The notes below the pieces were generated by a model, which saw only the letters and a list, made by a program, of their open reading frames with translations, did no database searches and was not told the DNA's origin. The translations under genes and the position numbers were made by a program. A stretch of DNA of 64,000 nucleotides from Candidatus Woesearchaeota archaeon CG10_big_fil_rev_8_21_14_0_10_44_13 (GTDB lineage: Archaea > Nanobdellota > Nanobdellia > Woesearchaeales > UBA12501): the NCBI GenBank assembly GCA_002762985.1, contig PCXZ01000030.1, positions 80,399 through 144,398 on the forward strand, written 5' to 3'. Shown in pieces: positions 19,499 through 29,255 of this stretch; positions within the stretch are counted from its first letter, which is position 1; the number at the start of each line of letters is the position of its first letter.

Positions 19499-20469
19499 CT
19501 ATGCAGCTCCTTCTTCTTAAGTTTGGATTCATACCATTCTATCGTCTTCCTAAGCCCCTCATCAAGGCCCGTCTTTGGTGCCCAGCCAAGAAGTTTTCGT
19601 GCCTTTCTGTTGTCGCAATAGAAATGCATGGCTTCCCCTTCACGGTAAGGCAAAGCGCCGATGTGCAATTTGACAGGGTTGCCCATGATCGCAAGTATTC
19701 TCTGGACAACATCTTTTATCTTATATTCTTTCCCATTGCCGATGTTTATTATCTCACCGATGGCTTTTTTTGAGAGTGATGCCTTTATGAAGCCGTCTGC
19801 AATGTCCTCAACATAATTGAATTCCCTGGTCTGTTCGCCCGGCGTAGTATGGATCTCCTTGCCATGCAGAGCGTTTATTATTGTGTTTGGAATGAGCATG
19901 CTGTTCTTCTGGTAAGGGCCATAAGTCAGGAATGGCCTTAATGTCACTATAGGGCAACTGAGCACCTTGTTATACATCCTGCAGAATAATGTTGTAGATG
20001 CCTTCGAAGCAGAGTAAGGGGACACAGGATTCATCTGCTGGTCTTCCTTGAACGGCGCCATGTTATCCCCATATTCCTCGCATGTGCCTGTGTTGATGAA
20101 GCAGTCATAATCCGATTTGTCCAGGGCCTGAAGAAGATTCATTGTGCCCATTATGTTGCTCTGGATGATTTTACTTATATTCTCAAATGTCCTGTCAACG
20201 CTTACATATGCTGCAAGATGAAAAACCTTCTGGGGATTGACTTTCTGCACGATCTTGCTGATTTTGGCCGCATTGGTGAGGTCAGCGACCTTTGTTCTTA
20301 TCCTGTCTTCCACACCTTCAAGATTACCTGTGTCTTTTGTCTGTAGGATCACTGTAACTTTCGCGCCTTCTGCTATAAGCCTCCTGACAAGATGTGAACC
20401 TATGAAACCATTCCCTCCAGTCACAAGAACATCTGTGCCATCAAGATCCATCTCGCACCTTCTATCCAT
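19477..20469 (-). CDS. NAD-dependent epimerase/reductase (candidate CDP-dideoxyhexose C4 reductase)
   Basis: TGGNGFIG and YSASK SDR motifs; lies between rfbG and rfbH. Confidence 0.8.
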   Translation of the reverse strand: MDRRCEMDLDGTDVLVTGGNGFIGSHLVRRLIAEGAKVTVILQTKDTGNLEGVEDRIRTKVADLTNAAKISKIVQKVNPQKVFHLAAYVSVDRTFENISKIIQSNIMGTMNLLQALDKSDYDCFINTGTCEEYGDNMAPFKEDQQMNPVSPYSASKASTTLFCRMYNKVLSCPIVTLRPFLTYGPYQKNSMLIPNTIINALHGKEIHTTPGEQTREFNYVEDIADGFIKASLSKKAIGEIINIGNGKEYKIKDVVQRILAIMGNPVKLHIGALPYREGEAMHFYCDNRKARKLLGWAPKTGLDEGLRKTIEWYESKLKKKELHRWMIKKI

Positions 20470-20551
20470 CTGATTTATGATTTTATTTTATGGGTTTGAT
20501 TTTATGGTTTTAAGCCCATGATATTAAGATTTTAAATGACGGATGAACAGG

Positions 20552-21565
20552 TCATCGCTTATTAAAATATCTCCTGTACCACTCAAGCGACTTCTTTATG
20601 CCTGATTCTATGCTCTCCCTGTGGGACCAGCCGAGGAGCTGCCTTGCCTTTTTTGATGACAGGAACTGCTCTTTTATCTCGTTCCTGGCTTCATTCAGCA
20701 CATTTGGCCTGAGATTGTTCTTTCCTGATATCTTTATTATCTTCAATACTAAATCATATGCACTTATGGGGTTCTCTGTGCCGAAGTTGAATGCCTGGCC
20801 CTTGATGCCCTGCTTGTCCACGTTCTTCCCCAAGGTCAGATAAGCGCTTACAGCATCGGCTATGAACAGGTAATCGCGTATGAATTTTCCATCGCTGCGT
20901 ATTATGGGATTCTCATCATTCAGGACTGACTTGATTGTCCCGGGCACTATCCTGTTGAAATTCAGATCCCCTCCGCCGTAAAAATTGCCGCACCTTGTAA
21001 CACCCACTGGAAGGCCATATGTCTTATGATATGCTTGTGCAATAAGGTCTGTGCAGCTCTTTGATACGTCGTAAGGATGAGAACCATGGAGAGGTGCCTC
21101 TTCAGTATAAGGCAGTTCCTTATGGTGGCCATAAGCCTTGTCGCTTGAAGCCACGACTATCCTCTTAACGATCTCGTTCCTTCTGCATGCCTCAAGCATG
21201 TTCCATGTCCCTTTTATATTGGAATCAAAAGTGGATATAGGCAGCCTGTTCGCTGTGCCCACTATGGCCTGGGCTCCCAGATGAAATACTGTGTCGACCT
21301 CATATTCATTAAGCGCCCTCTCAAGAAGCCAGTAATCCTCAAGCGAACCATTGACGACTGTGGCTTTCTTTATTGTGCCTGATTCCACAAGGTGCGACCT
21401 TGGCACATTATCCCTGATAAGGCATATTACTTCAGCTCCATCGTCGACAAGCTGCTTTGTCAGCCATGATCCCAGGAATCCTGTTGCGCCTGTGACAAAA
21501 ACCCTTTTCCCGCTCCAGTACGAATCTCCTTTGCTTGTATCGCTTCCGGATGTCTTGTTCTTCAT
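20552..21565 (-). CDS. rfbG: CDP-glucose 4,6-dehydratase-like SDR
   Basis: TGATGFLGSWL, ASSDKAYG, YDVSK, GNFYGGGD; start at 21565 gives an ATGA overlap with rfbF. Confidence 0.8.
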   Translation of the reverse strand: MKNKTSGSDTSKGDSYWSGKRVFVTGATGFLGSWLTKQLVDDGAEVICLIRDNVPRSHLVESGTIKKATVVNGSLEDYWLLERALNEYEVDTVFHLGAQAIVGTANRLPISTFDSNIKGTWNMLEACRRNEIVKRIVVASSDKAYGHHKELPYTEEAPLHGSHPYDVSKSCTDLIAQAYHKTYGLPVGVTRCGNFYGGGDLNFNRIVPGTIKSVLNDENPIIRSDGKFIRDYLFIADAVSAYLTLGKNVDKQGIKGQAFNFGTENPISAYDLVLKIIKISGKNNLRPNVLNEARNEIKEQFLSSKKARQLLGWSHRESIESGIKKSLEWYRRYFNKR

Positions 21566-22383
21566 TTCCACACCTTCCATGGCACATTCCCTTTTTTCCA
21601 TAATCCATTGAGATATTCCATATCCTTGAAAGTGTCCATGCAATACCAGAACCCTTTATGCTCATAGACTGCAAGCTTGTTCTCTTTTGCCAGGGCCATG
21701 AGGGGATCCTGCTCAAGCACGCAATTCTCATCCAGATAGTCGAATATCTTCCTGTTGAATACGAAGAAACCGCCGTTTATGACGCCATCAAGCTGCGGTT
21801 TCTCTTTGAAAGATTTTGCAAAACCTTTATTGTCGACCTCTATCACTCCGAATCTGGAGATTGGGTGGATTGCGGACAATGTTGCGGTCGGCTTCAGGGA
21901 ATTATGGTATGCCATCAGCTTGTTTATGTCTATGTCGGCAACTCCGTCGCCATATGTCACAAGGAACATGTCCCCGTCGATGTATTTCTCTATCTTCTTT
22001 ATCCTTCCGCCCGTGTTCGTCTCAAGGCCGGTATTCACAAATGTTATGTTCCAGTCATCAGTGTTGTTAGAGTGTATTATCTTCTCCTTTTTTGATTTGA
22101 GGTTGAGGGTGAAATCATTCGCTTTCCATTCAAAATTGACAAAATACTCCTTGAGCATATCCCCTTTATATCCAAGGCAGAGTATGAAATCCTTGAAACC
22201 GTAGTGGGAATAGGTCTTCATGATGTGCCATAATATCGGCATGCCCCCTATCTCGACAAGCGGCTTTGGCATGAATTCCGTCTGTTCCCTAAGCCTGGTG
22301 CCCATCCCACCGCATAGTATGACTACCTTAGTGTTCTTCTGGTTCTTTTGACTGTTCTGATTCTTCTGCTCGGCCATTCTCAA
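21562..22383 (-). CDS. rfbF: Glucose-1-phosphate cytidylyltransferase
   Basis: LCGGMGTRL.E.T...PKP, TGGRIK, TYGDGV, INGGFF, CMDT. Confidence 0.95.
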   Translation of the reverse strand: MRMAEQKNQNSQKNQKNTKVVILCGGMGTRLREQTEFMPKPLVEIGGMPILWHIMKTYSHYGFKDFILCLGYKGDMLKEYFVNFEWKANDFTLNLKSKKEKIIHSNNTDDWNITFVNTGLETNTGGRIKKIEKYIDGDMFLVTYGDGVADIDINKLMAYHNSLKPTATLSAIHPISRFGVIEVDNKGFAKSFKEKPQLDGVINGGFFVFNRKIFDYLDENCVLEQDPLMALAKENKLAVYEHKGFWYCMDTFKDMEYLNGLWKKGNVPWKVWK

Positions 22384-23072
22384 ACCCCCTTAAGCTTATA
22401 ATGCAGCATATTCTTCAGGAACTCGAATGTAGTGGTCCATCTCACATGAGATTGGCCCCCTTCTCTTTTACGGTATTCGACGGGAAGCTCTTTTACCCCG
22501 TAGTTGTTCCTTTTTGCATTTATCATTATCTCGGCATCCACAAACCAGTCCTTCGACTGAGGATTGATTTTTAGGTAGCATTCTTTCTTCATTATCTTAG
22601 GACAGCCATTTATATCTTTTGAATTTACAGAGAACATCATATAAAAAAGCATATTGTAGAATCTTGACTGGATTTTCCTCATAAGGCTGTAATTTCTTGA
22701 TACCCGTGTGATCTTGCACAAATCACAGTTGCCTTTCTTCAGCTCATCATAAAGCATGACAACTGCTCCTGAGCTAATCTCATTGTCGCCCCACATATAC
22801 CCAACATACTTGCCTTTCGCTGATTTCAGCCCTTGAATCACCCCATTGCCATACCCAATGTTCTTTTTGATGGTGACTATCCTCATTCTCTTCCCTTCAG
22901 AGTTCCTGATTGCTTCCAATATCTGCGGCGTCCGGTCATTAGAGCCATTATTGACTGCAATTATCTCGTAATCAACAGATGCATCTTTTAGGCTAGCTGA
23001 TAGGTCAGAAACAACTTTTCCCGCATTCTCCTGTTCATTATAAAAAAGCGCAACTATTGATAATTCAGGCAT
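22380..23072 (-). CDS. GT2 glycosyltransferase
   Basis: YNE, NNGS.D.T, NIGYG, D.NGCPK, WFVDAE. Confidence 0.85.
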   Translation of the reverse strand: MPELSIVALFYNEQENAGKVVSDLSASLKDASVDYEIIAVNNGSNDRTPQILEAIRNSEGKRMRIVTIKKNIGYGNGVIQGLKSAKGKYVGYMWGDNEISSGAVVMLYDELKKGNCDLCKITRVSRNYSLMRKIQSRFYNMLFYMMFSVNSKDINGCPKIMKKECYLKINPQSKDWFVDAEIMINAKRNNYGVKELPVEYRKREGGQSHVRWTTTFEFLKNMLHYKLKGV

Positions 23073-23208
23073 TTTTACCCCCTTTGTCCCATAAAGTTAA
23101 GCCTGTATCTTTTTAAATATTGCTTTTTTATATGTGGTTAAAGGCTGTTAAGAAGCGCTAAAATGCAGGATAAGGCAAAGGTTTTATTGGCTTAAGATGG
23201 ATGTGAAA

Positions 23209-24321
23209 TCAAGAATACTTAAAGAAACCCTGCCCTGATTTCCTTCCCAGCTTCCCTTCCTTGACCATCTTCACCATTATCCCTGCAGGAAGATATTTCC
23301 TGTCATTAGTCTTATTGCGGATATTGTTCATTATCTCGAGCACCACATCCAGGCCTATGAGGTCCATGAGGGCCAGCGGCCCCATTGGGTGATTCAAGCC
23401 GAGCTTTACTGCCTTGTCTATATCCTCTTTTGAAGCAACGCCTTCGCCATATATATGGGCAGCCTCATTCAGATAAGGCACCATTATCCTGTTGACTATG
23501 AAACAAGGGGAATCTTTTGTTATGACTGGTGATTTACCGAGCGTTTCTGCAAATTCCACTGCAAAATTCAGTGTTTTTTCGGATGTATTCTTCCCTTTGA
23601 CAACCTCTACAAGGGCCATCCTCGGCACAGGGTTGAAGAAGTGTATGCCCAGAAACCTTGACGGATCCTTTAAGTTCTCGCCAAGCTCATCAACTGAAAG
23701 GGAAGAGGTGTTTGTGGCTATCACTGCGTTTTTTTTGCATATCTTGTCGAGCTTCCTGAAGTATTCATCCTTTGTCTTCTTGTCTTCAACGACTGACTCT
23801 ATCACAAGATCTACATCCCCCAGGTCTTCTATTCTTGCAGAAGGCCTATACCTGCCCATGGCCTCATTTTTATCCTTTTCAGCCATGAATTTCGCCATGA
23901 ACCTGCTTATCTCTTCACCTGCCTTTTTCAGCCTGTCCTCTGTCCTGCTTATGAGACGGACTTCCATGCCGTGCATAAGCGCAACTTCGGCTATGCCCAA
24001 TCCTGTGACTCCTGTGCCAACAATACCCATCTTAAGGCCATGCAGTGAGCCTTTGTCTTTGCCTTTTCCTGCTGGTTCCAAGGTATGCCCTACATCATAC
24101 CTTACGCCTGATTTGATTATGCCAAGATTGCCCTGATCATCCTCCACAAGGACATCAAAATAAGGCACTTGCTTATGGTCAGAAGAAGGAACAAGAACTT
24201 CAGTGAATGCCTTGACTTTGAGCTTACTGTCCTTTTTCTCAGAGACCTCTGATCTGCAGAATATGCATCTCTTCACGTCATAATAATACACTTTTCCGCA
24301 TTTTTTACAGACGAATACCAT
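23209..24321 (-). CDS. Fusion: N-terminal DUF35-type Zn-ribbon/OB-fold + 3-hydroxyacyl(butyryl)-CoA dehydrogenase
   Basis: CKKC-x10-CIFC plus about 55-aa beta-rich segment, then GIVGTGVTG, ATNTSSL, HFFNP, FIVNR, HPMGP, GRKSGQGF. Confidence 0.85.
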   Translation of the reverse strand: MVFVCKKCGKVYYYDVKRCIFCRSEVSEKKDSKLKVKAFTEVLVPSSDHKQVPYFDVLVEDDQGNLGIIKSGVRYDVGHTLEPAGKGKDKGSLHGLKMGIVGTGVTGLGIAEVALMHGMEVRLISRTEDRLKKAGEEISRFMAKFMAEKDKNEAMGRYRPSARIEDLGDVDLVIESVVEDKKTKDEYFRKLDKICKKNAVIATNTSSLSVDELGENLKDPSRFLGIHFFNPVPRMALVEVVKGKNTSEKTLNFAVEFAETLGKSPVITKDSPCFIVNRIMVPYLNEAAHIYGEGVASKEDIDKAVKLGLNHPMGPLALMDLIGLDVVLEIMNNIRNKTNDRKYLPAGIMVKMVKEGKLGRKSGQGFFKYS

Positions 24322-24357
24322 TTTATTTTCAGATCATGTCTTCAATCATGTTCCAGA

Positions 24358-25515
24358 TCAATCTTCTTTCTTGAGTATGTGTATGACACATGTCCCTCCG
24401 ACCCCGCCTATGTTCTGCGCAAGCCCGATATTTGCACCTTTGACCTGCCTTTTTCCTGCTTCGCCCCTTAGCTGTGCCACAATCTCGCAGATCTGGGAAG
24501 CGCCAGTTGCGCCTATAGGATGCCCGTTAGCCTTCAATCCGCCGCCAGTGCCTATTGGTATTCTGCCATCGAGCTTTGTCTCCCCTTTCCTTACGAGATC
24601 CTTGCTCTCCCCGGGCTTGCAGAATCCCAAATCCTCCATCGCGACAAGCTCTGATATTGTGAAGCAGTCATGGACCTCGGCTATATCCACATCTTTTGCG
24701 GATATGCCTGCTTCCTTATAGGCCTCTGCTGCTGCAAGCCTTGTCGCCTTGAATGAGGTTATGTCCTTTCTCTGTGCAAGTGATATTGTGTCTGTTTTCA
24801 GGCTGGAAGCCAGGATCTTTATGTCCCTCTTTGATCTCTTTTCCCTTGACACGACAAGAGCAGCAGCTCCGTCACTTATTGGGCTGCAGTCAAAAAGCCT
24901 TAAAGGCGTGCAGACGATTGGTGATCTCTTTATCATATCAAGATCAACTTTTTTGTGGTAGAAATGCGCTTTCTCGTTGAGGTTTGCGTTCTCATGGGAT
25001 TTTAGGGCAACAAGCGCAAGATCATCAGCAGTCGTGCCATATTCTTCCATATGTTTCTTGGCTACGAGGGCGTATGCTGCAGGGAATATTAGGCCGTTGT
25101 TCTGGTCCATGCAACAGTCGCCGGCAGCGCATATGCCTTTTGTGAGCAATGAATTATCGATCCCATTCATCTTCTCTACCCCAAGGACAAGCACATTCTT
25201 GTATCTGCTTAGGGAGATTATCGCCTGATGCAGGGCTGCTCCACTCGATGAGCATGCAGTCTCGATCCTTATTATTGGGATATTAAGGCCAGGAAGAAGG
25301 CTTGATATGAGCGAGTTCATGTGAAGCTGGTTCTGCAAAATGCCGCCCAAGAAGTTCCCAACATATATCGCGTCTATCTCAGTTATGGGTATTCCGCTGT
25401 CTTCTATCGCATCGTACATTGCTTCATAAGCCAGCTCTGGCAGCCCTTTGTCCAGAACGCCGAATTTTGTCTTCCCGATCCCGCTTATATACATTAAAAT
25501 ACACCTTATGATCAT
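24358..25515 (-). CDS. Acetyl-CoA acetyltransferase (archaeal/SCP2-type thiolase)
   Basis: ETACSS, DCSPISDGAAA, EVHDCF, GHPIGATG, NIGG. Confidence 0.92.
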   Translation of the reverse strand: MIIRCILMYISGIGKTKFGVLDKGLPELAYEAMYDAIEDSGIPITEIDAIYVGNFLGGILQNQLHMNSLISSLLPGLNIPIIRIETACSSSGAALHQAIISLSRYKNVLVLGVEKMNGIDNSLLTKGICAAGDCCMDQNNGLIFPAAYALVAKKHMEEYGTTADDLALVALKSHENANLNEKAHFYHKKVDLDMIKRSPIVCTPLRLFDCSPISDGAAALVVSREKRSKRDIKILASSLKTDTISLAQRKDITSFKATRLAAAEAYKEAGISAKDVDIAEVHDCFTISELVAMEDLGFCKPGESKDLVRKGETKLDGRIPIGTGGGLKANGHPIGATGASQICEIVAQLRGEAGKRQVKGANIGLAQNIGGVGGTCVIHILKKED

Positions 25516-25590
25516 TCTATAATCATTCTATTATTCTTTCTTGCCCTTAATTATAAAAAGTTTTTGCATTGCCGGATTGATTGCAGGATT

Positions 25591-26679
25591 TCAGATCGTG
25601 AAATCAGAATCTCCTGCGGTCACGAACCAATTATCCGGATTTTTGAAAAAACGGATGTCCGGAAGATTTTTGGTGTCATCTATCTTCACTATGAACCTCT
25701 GGCCCATCGTCCTGGAATAGATGAACCCGTTCTTGCTGAACATCTTCCTATGCTGCCTCTTCATACCATAAGCCTGTATGGCGTCACAGCCCTCTTCAAT
25801 AAAATAGTCGTTTATTTTCCATATTAGGGCCTGCATTGTGCCAATGTCATGAGGGCTTGCTACAAACTCCACTACCCTGCCCCAGTTGAAATTCTCGCTT
25901 GATATCTTTGTAATGACGACATATCCATTTATCCTGCCTTTTTTGTCTGCAGCAGCGAATATCCTGAACCCCCTTGTGGGGTTTTTTGTGTATTTCCAGT
26001 CCAGATACTCCTTATCCCTCACTGCAGCAATACCCAAATCATCTGAGACTTCATCCCAGAACACATCGAATCTGCTGTCAAAATTTTTTAATTCATCGAT
26101 CGTGTGATCTGCAAGGTATCTGCCTGGCTTCTTTGCGCTGAAAAACATGGCAAGAATGAGCCCGAGAGGCCTGGAAAGCAGATAGGATAATCTTCCTTTT
26201 TTCATCTTCAGCGAGTATGACAGAAATTTCTCTGGATTGATTATCCTTATCATGGCCTTAGCCATATCCAGATTGGACCATCCCATGCTGCTTTCTATTC
26301 CATAAGCCACGTCCCCGACACCCAATGCAAGGCAGATATTGGCCTCTTCTTTCCATCTCTTCACCATTTCCTTCCCTATACCTTTGCCCCTGTGGCCAGG
26401 ATGGGCCATAAGGCCCCCGCCCCACGCAATCATCACATTCTTGTCGCCCATCTTAATCATGCCCGGATTTAAGTTTATATACCCGATGATCTTGCCTTTA
26501 TTTTCAACAACCCAGCTATCCAGCTTATGGTCCCTCAAGACAGGATTCTCCCTGGAGTACCAATGCCAGTTCTTTTTGAATTTTTCAGCTGTTTTGCTGC
26601 CAAAAACCAGCCTGCATAGGCTTATCACTCCTGCTAGATCAGATTCCCTGAAAGTCCGGGTCTTGTAATCCTTGTCCAT
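25591..26679 (-). CDS. GNAT-family N-acyltransferase (tandem GNAT)
   Basis: LMAHPGHRGKGIG acyl-CoA motif; R...YL.W.Y..NP; C-terminal GDSD. Confidence 0.8.
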   Translation of the reverse strand: MDKDYKTRTFRESDLAGVISLCRLVFGSKTAEKFKKNWHWYSRENPVLRDHKLDSWVVENKGKIIGYINLNPGMIKMGDKNVMIAWGGGLMAHPGHRGKGIGKEMVKRWKEEANICLALGVGDVAYGIESSMGWSNLDMAKAMIRIINPEKFLSYSLKMKKGRLSYLLSRPLGLILAMFFSAKKPGRYLADHTIDELKNFDSRFDVFWDEVSDDLGIAAVRDKEYLDWKYTKNPTRGFRIFAAADKKGRINGYVVITKISSENFNWGRVVEFVASPHDIGTMQALIWKINDYFIEEGCDAIQAYGMKRQHRKMFSKNGFIYSRTMGQRFIVKIDDTKNLPDIRFFKNPDNWFVTAGDSDFTI

Positions 26680-26853
26680 TTGGCTCCCTGCGGCCCATTA
26701 TGGCCAGTTGCACCTCCTATTGGATGAAGGGTATAAATAGTTTGTCAGCCGATTCCTGATTGGTTTTCATGCCTTCTTATCATGAGGAAAATATGAAAAA
26801 ATTTATATATACTCTTAAAAAGGCATTAATAAGCCAAATCAGGGGGGTGTAAT

Positions 26854-27393
26854 TTGATAAACATGTTATTGATGACTTGGAAAGTCGTAAGCAGAAATGT
26901 AAAAAGGATGTACCTGTACTTCTTCGGCACATGGGCTGTCCATTGCGAAGTCATCTATGATGATGGGGTGTGGGCAAAGATAAAAAGTCTCTGCAAAACA
27001 AGGAAGCTGATATGGTATTGCATAACACCTGTCAATTACGACCTTATGAGTGCTTCGGGGAACCTGAGAATGGGCAGGGAAGCGTATTCAAGGCTCCTTA
27101 AGAGGAGATACAAGGAAATTGAGGCCATGGGCCAGGAGATCCAATTGCATGTCCACCTTTCCATACTCAAGAACATGGGCAGAGGGCAGCAGATGAAGAT
27201 GATAAGAGATAGCAGGGAATGGATGCTGCAGAATGGTTTTAAGGTCACGAAATTCGTGCCAGGATGGTGGAATTATGACAATGACACCCTGGAAATACTG
27301 GAAGAGCTTGGCCTGAAGATGGTAGGCAAGGACAGGTATTATGAGATACATGATTACGAGCTCGGGGCATTGAATAAGCACCTTGGTGTCTGA
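26854..27393 (+). CDS. Polysaccharide deacetylase-like (NodB fold) small protein
   Basis: QEIQLHVH, FVPGWW, LEELG. Confidence 0.5.
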   Translation: MINMLLMTWKVVSRNVKRMYLYFFGTWAVHCEVIYDDGVWAKIKSLCKTRKLIWYCITPVNYDLMSASGNLRMGREAYSRLLKRRYKEIEAMGQEIQLHVHLSILKNMGRGQQMKMIRDSREWMLQNGFKVTKFVPGWWNYDNDTLEILEELGLKMVGKDRYYEIHDYELGALNKHLGV

Positions 27394-27449
27394 GGAAATT
27401 TTAAAGATTGTTTGAATGAATTTTAAGAGGCCGGTGAGGGAAAAGAATT

Positions 27450-29222
27450 ATGAGGATAATAGGGATCCACGATGGGCATAATGCGACAGCGTGCCTGCTT
27501 GAGGATGGAGAACTGAAGGACTGCATAAGTGAAGAGAGATTCACGCAGTTCAAGAACCAGCCTGGATTCCCGAAGAATGCAGCAAGATGGATAATGGAGA
27601 AGAACGGCCTTTCTGCGGATGAAATTGATTTTGTCGCCCTGTCCTCATTCCTCATGAATGATGTGGAACACTACAAAAAATCCCAGACAATGGGCAATCA
27701 ACTCTTTGAAAAAAGGGCCTATATCCTCAAACCAGGCATTCTTAGGAGCGCAATGATAAATTCAGGGGCCTACGGCATCGCAAAGAAGGTTTTTGACAGG
27801 TATTATTACACACCAAAAAGGGATATAATGTATAAAGCCCTCCTTGAGAAAAGAAAGGAGGAGATATGCAGGAACATCGGCATAAACAAGGAGAGGATAA
27901 TAGTCGTTGACCACCATGCCGCCCATGCTTCTGCATCGTATTATGGCTCTTACTTCAATGATGAAGATTCTCTTATATTCACTGCAGACGCTTACGGCGA
28001 TTATGCCTCTGCAACAGTCTCCATAGGCAGCAAGGGCAGGATAAGGAAGGTATCATCAACAACAGACATGTCTTTGGGGGATTTCTATTCCGCAGTCACG
28101 AGGTTCCTCGGCCTCAAGGTATGGGAGCACGAGTACAAGGTCATGGGCCTTGCAGCATACTGTAAGGACAAGGATGTCATGGAGATTTATGGCATTCTCA
28201 GAGGGATGATCGAACTGTCAAAAAAAGACCTGAAATTCCGCAAAAAAGTGGTGGATTCCTATTACACCCATATGAAAAATGTCCTTGTAGGTTATAGGTT
28301 CGACTGGATAGCAGGCGCTGCACAGAAGCTTACAGAAGACCTTGTGACTGAATGGGTCAGGGAAGCCATAAAGAGGTACAAGATAAGGAATGTCTGCGGC
28401 GGTGGCGGATGTTTCATGAATGTCAAGGTGAACAAGAAGATAATCGAGATGCCTGAAGTAAAGAAATTTTTTGCGATACCCAGCTCAGGAGATGAATCCA
28501 CATGCATAGGCGCGGTATATTTCGTCCATGCAGAAAAAGACAAGTTGGGGGTGAAGCCTTTCTTCTCGCCTTATCTTGGAATTTCTTATGACAAGGATTA
28601 CATAAAGAGAGTAATAGAAAAGAAGAACCTGAAAAAGAGATTCAGGATCACATTTGAGGAGGATATGGAGAAGAAGGTCGCAAGCCTGCTTGCGAAAGGG
28701 AATGTTGTCGCGAGATTCAGGGGGAGATGCGAATACGGCGCCAGGGCCCTTGGAAACAGGAGCATACTTGCAGACGCCTCGAACTTTGCAGTGATCCCGG
28801 AGATAAACAAGATGATAAAGATGAGGGATTTCTGGATGCCCTTTGCATGCTCGATCATGGCTGAGAGGGCAAGCAAGTACCTCATAAACCCGAAGAATGT
28901 GCCTTTATCATACATGGTGATAGCCTGCGACACTGTGAATAAGAACAGGAACGACATACTTGCCGGAACCCACCAGTTCGACAAGACAGCAAGGCCTCAG
29001 GTGGTCTCCAAAGAGATGAACGAGAGCTACCACAGGCTGATAGCCGAGTTTGAGAAACTCACAGGAAGAGGCGGTGTCCTTAACACATCATTCAATATCC
29101 ATGGCAAGCCCCTTGTATGCTCTCCTGAAGATGCAATAAATACGATGGAGAACTCCGGCCTGGATTACCTTGCGATGGAAGATTACCTTTTCGAGAAGAT
29201 CAACAAAGACAAGGAAGAATGA
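27450..29222 (+). CDS. Carbamoyltransferase (NodU/CmcH family)
   Basis: GIHDGHN, DHHAAHA, EYKVMGLA, GARALGNRSILAD, LNTSFN.HG.P. Confidence 0.93.
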   Translation: MRIIGIHDGHNATACLLEDGELKDCISEERFTQFKNQPGFPKNAARWIMEKNGLSADEIDFVALSSFLMNDVEHYKKSQTMGNQLFEKRAYILKPGILRSAMINSGAYGIAKKVFDRYYYTPKRDIMYKALLEKRKEEICRNIGINKERIIVVDHHAAHASASYYGSYFNDEDSLIFTADAYGDYASATVSIGSKGRIRKVSSTTDMSLGDFYSAVTRFLGLKVWEHEYKVMGLAAYCKDKDVMEIYGILRGMIELSKKDLKFRKKVVDSYYTHMKNVLVGYRFDWIAGAAQKLTEDLVTEWVREAIKRYKIRNVCGGGGCFMNVKVNKKIIEMPEVKKFFAIPSSGDESTCIGAVYFVHAEKDKLGVKPFFSPYLGISYDKDYIKRVIEKKNLKKRFRITFEEDMEKKVASLLAKGNVVARFRGRCEYGARALGNRSILADASNFAVIPEINKMIKMRDFWMPFACSIMAERASKYLINPKNVPLSYMVIACDTVNKNRNDILAGTHQFDKTARPQVVSKEMNESYHRLIAEFEKLTGRGGVLNTSFNIHGKPLVCSPEDAINTMENSGLDYLAMEDYLFEKINKDKEE

Positions 29223-29255
29223 TGCGCCCAATGAAGGGTTATTTATGTTAGTTTT

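Noticed and set aside
23209-25515. Mevalonate-pathway or beta-oxidation operon
   Set aside because: No HMG-CoA synthase/reductase, enoyl-CoA hydratase or acyl-CoA dehydrogenase nearby; they could exist elsewhere in the genome
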